A model generated the notes under the pieces. The model did no database searches, was not told the origin of the DNA, and saw only the letters and a program-made list of their open reading frames with translations. Position numbers and translations under genes: made by a program. 64,000 bases of DNA from a bacterium (GTDB lineage Bacteria; UBA8248), in contig CBDBEV010000001.1 in NCBI GenBank assembly GCA_965204535.1, positions 2,432,001 through 2,496,000 on the forward strand. Reading direction: 5' to 3'. Shown piece after piece: positions 58,170-64,000 of this stretch (within the stretch, counting starts at the first letter, position 1; the number at the start of each line of letters is the position of its first letter).

Positions 58170-58769
58170 TTGGCGTTGATACGGTTTCCCCATTCCGGGC
58201 AGGAAGAGCGCTTCGAGTTCTCACCCGAGAACCGCGCGGAATTAGAGCGCATCATCGCCAAGTATCCGGTGAAGCGCTCGGCGCTCATCCCCGCGCTCCA
58301 GTTGGCCCAGGAGCAGGAGGGTTTCATCACCAGCGCGGTGATGCAGCATGTGGCCGAGATTTTCGAGGTTTCCCCCATGGAGGTGTGGGGCGTGGTGAGC
58401 TTCTACACCATGCTCAAGACCCAGCCCATCGGGGAATACCACGTGCAGGTGTGCAACAACCTCTCGTGCGCCCTCATGGGTGCGGGCAGGCTGCTGCGCG
58501 AGATCGAAAACCGCCTGGATTGCCGCGTCGGCCACACGCGCGAGGACGGGAAATTCTCCATAGAGGCGGTCGAGTGCCTGGGCGCATGCGGGGGTGCTCC
58601 CTGCGTGCAGGTAAACGAAAACTACTTCGAATGCGTCACGCCCGAGATCATGAACGATATATTCAGCGCGCTGGAAAAGGGCGAGACCGTCTCGCCCATC
58701 GGGGCGGACGAGGTGGTATCGCCCGCACTGGCAGGCGCCGAAGATGCAGACGGCGAAGGCCAGGGCTGA
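58170..58769 (+). CDS. nuoE: NADH-quinone oxidoreductase subunit E
   Basis: VSFYTM, CNNLSC, ECLGAC. Confidence 0.93.
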   Translation: MALIRFPHSGQEERFEFSPENRAELERIIAKYPVKRSALIPALQLAQEQEGFITSAVMQHVAEIFEVSPMEVWGVVSFYTMLKTQPIGEYHVQVCNNLSCALMGAGRLLREIENRLDCRVGHTREDGKFSIEAVECLGACGGAPCVQVNENYFECVTPEIMNDIFSALEKGETVSPIGADEVVSPALAGAEDADGEGQG

Positions 58770-58779
58770 GGGACTGAAG

Positions 58780-60084
58780 ATGGCGTTGGTATTGGAAAAA
58801 ATCGTGACGGGCCGGTTCGACAACCCCGATGCGCCGCATATCGCGGGCTATGAGGCCACGGGCGGTTATGAGGCGATTCGGGGGCTCCTGGGCGGCGTCG
58901 AACCCGCCGACGTCATCGAGATGGTGAAGGCCTCAGGGCTGCGCGGGCGCGGCGGCGCGGGGTTCCCCTGCGGCCTCAAGTGGAGCTTCGTGCCCCAGGT
59001 GGACGGGCCGAAATACCTGGCCGTCAATGCGGACGAGGGGGAACCCGGCACGTTCAAGGACCGCGAACTTATGCTGCGCGACCCGCACCAGCTCATCGAG
59101 GGCATCCTCATCGCGTGTTACGCCGTGGGCATCGAAAAGGCCTACATCTACATTCGCGGCGAGTTCGTCGCCCCCTGGCGCGCGGTGGAAAAGGCCCTGG
59201 CCGAAGCCTACGAGAAGGGCTACGTCGGCAAGAACATCATGGGCAGCGGTTTTTCGTGCGACATCTACACCCACCGCGGCGCGGGCGCCTACATCTGCGG
59301 CGAGGAGACGGGGCTTCTGGAATCGCTCGAGGGCAAGCGCGGGCACCCGCGCCTCAAGCCGCCGTTTCCGGCGGTCATCGGCCTCTATGCGCGGCCTACT
59401 GTCATCAACAACGTGGAGACCCTCGCGAATCTCCCCCACATCGTGAACAAGGGGGCGGAGTGGTTCGCCGGCATCGGAATAGACGAGAAAAACTCGGGCA
59501 CCCGCATGTACTGCGTCTCGGGCCACGTGGCGAAGCCGGGCCTGTATGAGTTGCCGCTCGGCCTCACGTGCGAGGAGATGATTCACGATCACTGCGGCGG
59601 CATGCGGAACGGCGCGGCCTTGAAGGCGGTGATTCCCGGCGGCGCGAGCGCGCCCGCCCTCACCGCGCAGGAAGTATACGAAGACAAGGTGACGATGGAT
59701 TTCGACTCTTTAGCCAAGGCGGGCAGCATGGGCGGCAGCGGCGGGGTCATCGTCATGGACGAGACGACGTGCATGGTGCAGGCCGCGGGCAGGCTCGCCG
59801 CCTTTTTCGAGCACGAATCCTGCGGGCAGTGCTCTGTCTGCCGGGAGGGAACCGGCTGGGTGTCCGAGATTCTCGCCCGCATGGAGCGGGGCGAGGGCAA
59901 ACCCGACGATCTCGATACGCTCGCGTCGATAGATCCCAACATGCGCGGCAACACCATCTGCGTGTTGTCTGATGCGTGCGCCATGATGTTCAGCGCGTTT
60001 CTGACGAAATTTTATGATGAATTTGAAGCGCACATCTCTCTGGGCCGCTGTCCGCTGGGCAGCCCGTATCCCGCCGCGATGTGA
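58780..60084 (+). CDS. nuoF: NADH-quinone oxidoreductase subunit F
   Basis: GLRGRGGAGF, NADEGEPGTFKD, GAYICGEET, ESCGQCSVCREG. Confidence 0.96.
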   Translation: MALVLEKIVTGRFDNPDAPHIAGYEATGGYEAIRGLLGGVEPADVIEMVKASGLRGRGGAGFPCGLKWSFVPQVDGPKYLAVNADEGEPGTFKDRELMLRDPHQLIEGILIACYAVGIEKAYIYIRGEFVAPWRAVEKALAEAYEKGYVGKNIMGSGFSCDIYTHRGAGAYICGEETGLLESLEGKRGHPRLKPPFPAVIGLYARPTVINNVETLANLPHIVNKGAEWFAGIGIDEKNSGTRMYCVSGHVAKPGLYELPLGLTCEEMIHDHCGGMRNGAALKAVIPGGASAPALTAQEVYEDKVTMDFDSLAKAGSMGGSGGVIVMDETTCMVQAAGRLAAFFEHESCGQCSVCREGTGWVSEILARMERGEGKPDDLDTLASIDPNMRGNTICVLSDACAMMFSAFLTKFYDEFEAHISLGRCPLGSPYPAAM

Positions 60085-60101
60085 TGGGGGAGAGGCGATA
60101 G

Positions 60102-62699
60102 ATGTCGAATGAGCAGGTAACATTCGTATTCAACGATCAGAGCATCACGATGGACAAGAGCCTGCCCGTCCTGGAGGCCGCGCTGCGCATCGGCGCGCAC
60201 GTTCCGCATTTCTGCTACCACAAGAACCTCTCCATCGTGGGCCAGTGCCGGGCCTGTCTCGTCGAGGTGCTCGACGCCGGAAACGGTCGGCCGATACCCA
60301 AACTCCAGCCTTCCTGCGCCACGTATGCGGCCGAGGGCATGGTAATCAGTTCCGTGACCCCGCGCGTCATCGAAGCGCAGGAGGGGGTGTTCGAATTCCT
60401 GCTGAAGAACCACCCGCTCGATTGCCCGGTGTGCGATCAGGGCGGCGAGTGTCCCTTGCAGGATCAGACGATGGCCTATGGCAAGGCGATCAGCAGGACG
60501 CACGAGTTCCGGCGCATTTATCCGAGCAAGGAGATCAGCGCCTTCATCAAGCCGGAGATGAACCGCTGCGTGCACTGCACCCGGTGCATCCGCTTCACCG
60601 AGGAGATAGACGGCGGGGCGGAGTTCGGCTGGGCGCAGCGGGGCGACCGCACCGAGGTGGGCGTCTATGAGGACCTGCCCCTGACGAGCGTCGTCTCGGG
60701 CAACGTCATCGACATCTGCCCCGTCGGCGCGCTCACGGACAACAAATACCGCTTCACCGCCCGCGTGTGGGAGATGGAGGAAACGCAAGGTCCCTGCACG
60801 CTTTGCAGCGTAGGCTGCCGACAGGGCGTCTGGACGAAGGACGGCGAGATCAAGCGCGTGACGGCGGCGGAGAACGAAAGGGTCAACGACACCTGGATTT
60901 GCGACGTCGCGCGCTACGGCTGGAGCGGGGCGCACGGCGAGGGACGCATCACCCAGCCGATGATCAGAAAAGACGGCGAATTGACGCCCGTCGGCTGGAC
61001 GGAGGCGGTCGGCGAGGCGGCGAGAGGCTTCGGCGCCGTTATGGAGCAAGCGGACGGCGGCGTCATCGCCGGTCTGGGCGGGGCTTCCTCCACGAACGAG
61101 ACGGCCTATCAATTCGGCGCCTTCATGCGCTCGGTTCTGGGAACCAACCACCTGGACAGCCGGATTCATCCGCGCGACATCGTGCAAACGGACTTACAAA
61201 GCGCCGCCCTGGGCGGCGTGGGCGGCGCAGGCTCCATCGAGGAGTTGGGGCGTTCGAAGGCCGTCATCATCGTGGGCAGCGACCCGTTCACGCAGCACCC
61301 CATCCTCGCGCTTCAGATCAGAAAGGCGCACCGCGCAGGCGCGGTGGTCATCAACGTGAACCAAAGGCGCATCGACCTGCGCGTTTCAGGCCGCGTGCAT
61401 CATCTGGTGCCGGTTCTGGGCGGCATCTCGCGAACGCTGCGCGCGCTGGCGGCATGCCTCGTGGACGGCGGCGCGAGACCCGAAGGTGAGAACGCGGAAG
61501 AATACGCCGCGCTCATAGGTTCCGCCGACCTGAGCCGCCTGTGCGAAGAGGCGGACGTGTCGCCCGATGACCTCATGGCCGCCGCCCGGGCGATTCTGGC
61601 GGCGGACGGCTCCGTGAGCATACTCTCCGGCCCCGGTGAGACAGGGAAGGTCGCGGTTTCAGAAGCGATCAATCTCGGGATTCTGCTCCGCGCCAACATG
61701 CTCTTCGCCACCGGCGCGCTGAACCTGCAAGGCGCAATCGACATGGGTCTGCATCCCGAAGTCCTGCCCGGCGGCGATATGTCGAATGAAGATGCCCGCG
61801 CCGCCTGCGGGGAGGCATGGGGGAGGCCGCCCGCCGCGCAGGCCGGTAAGGATGCGGACGGCATACTCGACGGCCTCGCGAGCGGTGAACTCAAGGCCCT
61901 TTACGTTCTGGGCTGCGACCCGGTGGCCGAATACCCCGATGGCGCGCGGGCGAGAGAGGCGCTGGAAAAGGCCGATTTCGTCGTTCTGCAGACATCTCAT
62001 TTGAACGCGAGCGCGGAGTACGCGGACGTCGTGATTCCCGCACCCACGCTGTATGAGGAAACGGGCAGCGTCACGAACCTGGAGCGCAGGGCGCAGTCTC
62101 TCCCGCGCGCGCTCAAGCCGATGATCGACAAAATGATCCCCGAAGCCTGGCGGGCCTTCGCCGATATCGGAAAGGCGATGGAGCGGCCCATGCGGGCGAA
62201 CTCGCTGGACAAAATCCGGATTCAGGCGCGCTCGCTCATCGCCGATTACGCGGACGCCTTCGGCCGTATTCCCGATGAGGGTCTGCACTTAAGACGAGAG
62301 GGGCGGCGCGCCTATCAGATCGCGCAGATTCCGGAGAAAGAAGCGCAAGCGCCGGGCCTCAGGATGCTGTTGACGCCCGTCTTGTGGCTCTCGGGGGCTT
62401 ATGCGGCCTCTGCCTATCATCTGGCCGACATGCCGGGAGCCGCGCTCGCCCTCTCGCCGAGCGATGCGGAAAGCCTCGGCGTTTCAGATGGCGAACTCGT
62501 GGAATTCGAAGTGGGCGGGGAGGTCGTTCGGCTGCCCGTGCATTTCGAGAAGAACGCGCCCGTGGGCGTCGCCTTCGCGCCGGAGGGTTATTTGCGCGCG
62601 CACGGGGCCTCGGCGCTCAACACCGGCGGCGCGCTGGGCCGCCAGGGGGTGGAGATTCGGATCCGCAAGGCGGAGAAACCCCAGGAGGTGGGCGCATAG
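60102..62699 (+). CDS. nuoG: NADH-quinone oxidoreductase subunit G
   Basis: FCYH...CRAC, HPLDCPVCDQGGEC, CVHCTRC, CTLCSVGC...C (N7-type site). Confidence 0.95.
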   Translation: MSNEQVTFVFNDQSITMDKSLPVLEAALRIGAHVPHFCYHKNLSIVGQCRACLVEVLDAGNGRPIPKLQPSCATYAAEGMVISSVTPRVIEAQEGVFEFLLKNHPLDCPVCDQGGECPLQDQTMAYGKAISRTHEFRRIYPSKEISAFIKPEMNRCVHCTRCIRFTEEIDGGAEFGWAQRGDRTEVGVYEDLPLTSVVSGNVIDICPVGALTDNKYRFTARVWEMEETQGPCTLCSVGCRQGVWTKDGEIKRVTAAENERVNDTWICDVARYGWSGAHGEGRITQPMIRKDGELTPVGWTEAVGEAARGFGAVMEQADGGVIAGLGGASSTNETAYQFGAFMRSVLGTNHLDSRIHPRDIVQTDLQSAALGGVGGAGSIEELGRSKAVIIVGSDPFTQHPILALQIRKAHRAGAVVINVNQRRIDLRVSGRVHHLVPVLGGISRTLRALAACLVDGGARPEGENAEEYAALIGSADLSRLCEEADVSPDDLMAAARAILAADGSVSILSGPGETGKVAVSEAINLGILLRANMLFATGALNLQGAIDMGLHPEVLPGGDMSNEDARAACGEAWGRPPAAQAGKDADGILDGLASGELKALYVLGCDPVAEYPDGARAREALEKADFVVLQTSHLNASAEYADVVIPAPTLYEETGSVTNLERRAQSLPRALKPMIDKMIPEAWRAFADIGKAMERPMRANSLDKIRIQARSLIADYADAFGRIPDEGLHLRREGRRAYQIAQIPEKEAQAPGLRMLLTPVLWLSGAYAASAYHLADMPGAALALSPSDAESLGVSDGELVEFEVGGEVVRLPVHFEKNAPVGVAFAPEGYLRAHGASALNTGGALGRQGVEIRIRKAEKPQEVGA

Positions 62700-63680
62700 A
62701 TGGTTACGCTGCTCATCATCCTCGGGAAAGTGCTCGTGGGCTTCGGCGGGCTTTTGCTGCTCGCCGCCTACATGACCTGGATGGAGCGGCGCGTGTTCGC
62801 GCTCATACAGGTGCGGGTGGGCCCCAACCGCGTGGGTCCCTCGGGGCTTTTGCAGCCCATCGCCGACGGCATCAAGCTCATGTTCAAGGAGACCATCATT
62901 CCCGCCCAGGCGGACAAGGTGATTTACGTCCTCGCGCCCGCCGTCACGCTCATCCCGGCGCTGGCCGCCTTCGCCGTGGTGCCCTTCGGCGATTCGGTGA
63001 CCGTGCTCGGTCAGAAGGTGGACCTGGTGCTGGCCGACATCAACGTCGGCATCCTCTATATCTTCGCCATGGCGGGCATCGGCGTGTACGGCATCGTGCT
63101 CGGCTCATGGGCGTCGAACAGCAAGTACCCGCTCATCGGCGGGCTTCGATCGGCGGCGCAACTCATCAGCTACGAACTCTCGCTCGGCATGTCGCTCCTG
63201 GGCGTGGTCATGATCTCCGGCACCCTGAGCTTGAAGGGAATCGTCGAGGGCCAGGCCGGGATGCCCTACATCGTATTGCAGCCCCTGGGCTTTCTGCTCT
63301 TCGTCATCTGCATGCTGGCGGAGACGAACCGCGCGCCGTTCGATTTGCCCGAGGCCGAGAGCGAACTCACCGGCGGATTCCATACCGAGTACAGCAGCAT
63401 GCACTTTGCGGTTTACTCCATCGCCGAATACTGCAGCATGATTACGCTCTCGGCGGTGGGGGCGACTTTTTTCCTCGGCGGATGGCGCGGGCCGCTGTTG
63501 CCGCCCGTCGTCTGGTTCCTGATCAAGGTGTTGGCGTTCATGTTCTTCTTCATGTGGCTGCGCGCCTCCACGCCGCGCCTGCGCTATGACCAACTGATGG
63601 GCTTCGGATGGAAGGTGCTTCTGCCACTGTCCATCCTGAACGTGATACTCACGGCCGGCGCCGTCGTTTTCATCGGCTAG
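62700..63680 (+). CDS. nuoH: NADH-quinone oxidoreductase subunit H
   Basis: RVGPNRVG, QPIADGIK, ETNRAPFDLPEAESEL. Confidence 0.96.
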   Translation: MVTLLIILGKVLVGFGGLLLLAAYMTWMERRVFALIQVRVGPNRVGPSGLLQPIADGIKLMFKETIIPAQADKVIYVLAPAVTLIPALAAFAVVPFGDSVTVLGQKVDLVLADINVGILYIFAMAGIGVYGIVLGSWASNSKYPLIGGLRSAAQLISYELSLGMSLLGVVMISGTLSLKGIVEGQAGMPYIVLQPLGFLLFVICMLAETNRAPFDLPEAESELTGGFHTEYSSMHFAVYSIAEYCSMITLSAVGATFFLGGWRGPLLPPVVWFLIKVLAFMFFFMWLRASTPRLRYDQLMGFGWKVLLPLSILNVILTAGAVVFIG

Positions 63681-63706
63681 CGGGCCGCTCGAAAGGGGGA
63701 GGTTTC

Positions 63707-64000
63707 ATGTTAGGCGAGATTTGCAAGGGGTTGTGGCTGACGCTCAAGCATTCCTTCAAAAACCGCGTGACCGTGCAATACCCCGACGTCAAAGAGGAGA
63801 TGCCCGTGGGCTACCGCGGCCTCCACAAGCTGCTGCGCTGGGAGGACGGCTTGGAGCGCTGCGTGGGGTGCAAGCTCTGCTCGGCGGCCTGTCCCGTGGA
63901 TTGCATTTACGTGGAATCGGAGGAGAACGACCCCGAAGCGCCCACTTCCAAGGGCGAGCGCTACGCCAGCATTTACGAGATCAACGAGCTTCGCTGCATC
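63707..64000 (+). CDS. nuoI: NADH-quinone oxidoreductase subunit I (truncated by window end)
   Basis: GGAGG RBS; TVQYP, ERCVGCKLCSAACP. Confidence 0.93.
   Translation, partial: MLGEICKGLWLTLKHSFKNRVTVQYPDVKEEMPVGYRGLHKLLRWEDGLERCVGCKLCSAACPVDCIYVESEENDPEAPTSKGERYASIYEINELRCI

Overview
High-GC bacterial chromosomal window, mostly core metabolism. It holds an A1-type aa3 cytochrome c oxidase operon with heme A/O synthases, two subunit III genes and accessory genes, plus tRNA-Arg(ACG) and the start of the complex I operon (nuoA-I, truncated at the window end). Also present: proA, a RimK-family ligase, queG, a tandem-domain ThyX, an SSS symporter cluster, an RND pump, NitT/TauT and CUT1 ABC importers, and a PLP-dependent histidine/serine decarboxylase-type gene paired with an ACT protein. 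Accessory content: (1) a family of MITE-like elements with GGGG(C/T)TGTTGAA ends wrapping several unrelated REP families; (2) an intact two-gene IS66-family element (26-bp TIR, 8-bp TSD) carrying a DUF4338/DruA-like gene, nested inside one such REP-MITE; (3) an AT-rich AbiV-like HEPN gene with a DUF3775-like tail; (4) a ~1 kb non-coding, stem-dense locus (37.95-38.9 kb) with convergent sigma70-like promoters and a RutR-like operator, directly upstream of a small-protein/retropepsin gene pair. Item 4 is the best candidate for an undescribed RNA-based system. No CRISPR array, rRNA or integrase was seen. All calls come from reading motifs by eye; no searches or folding programs were run.
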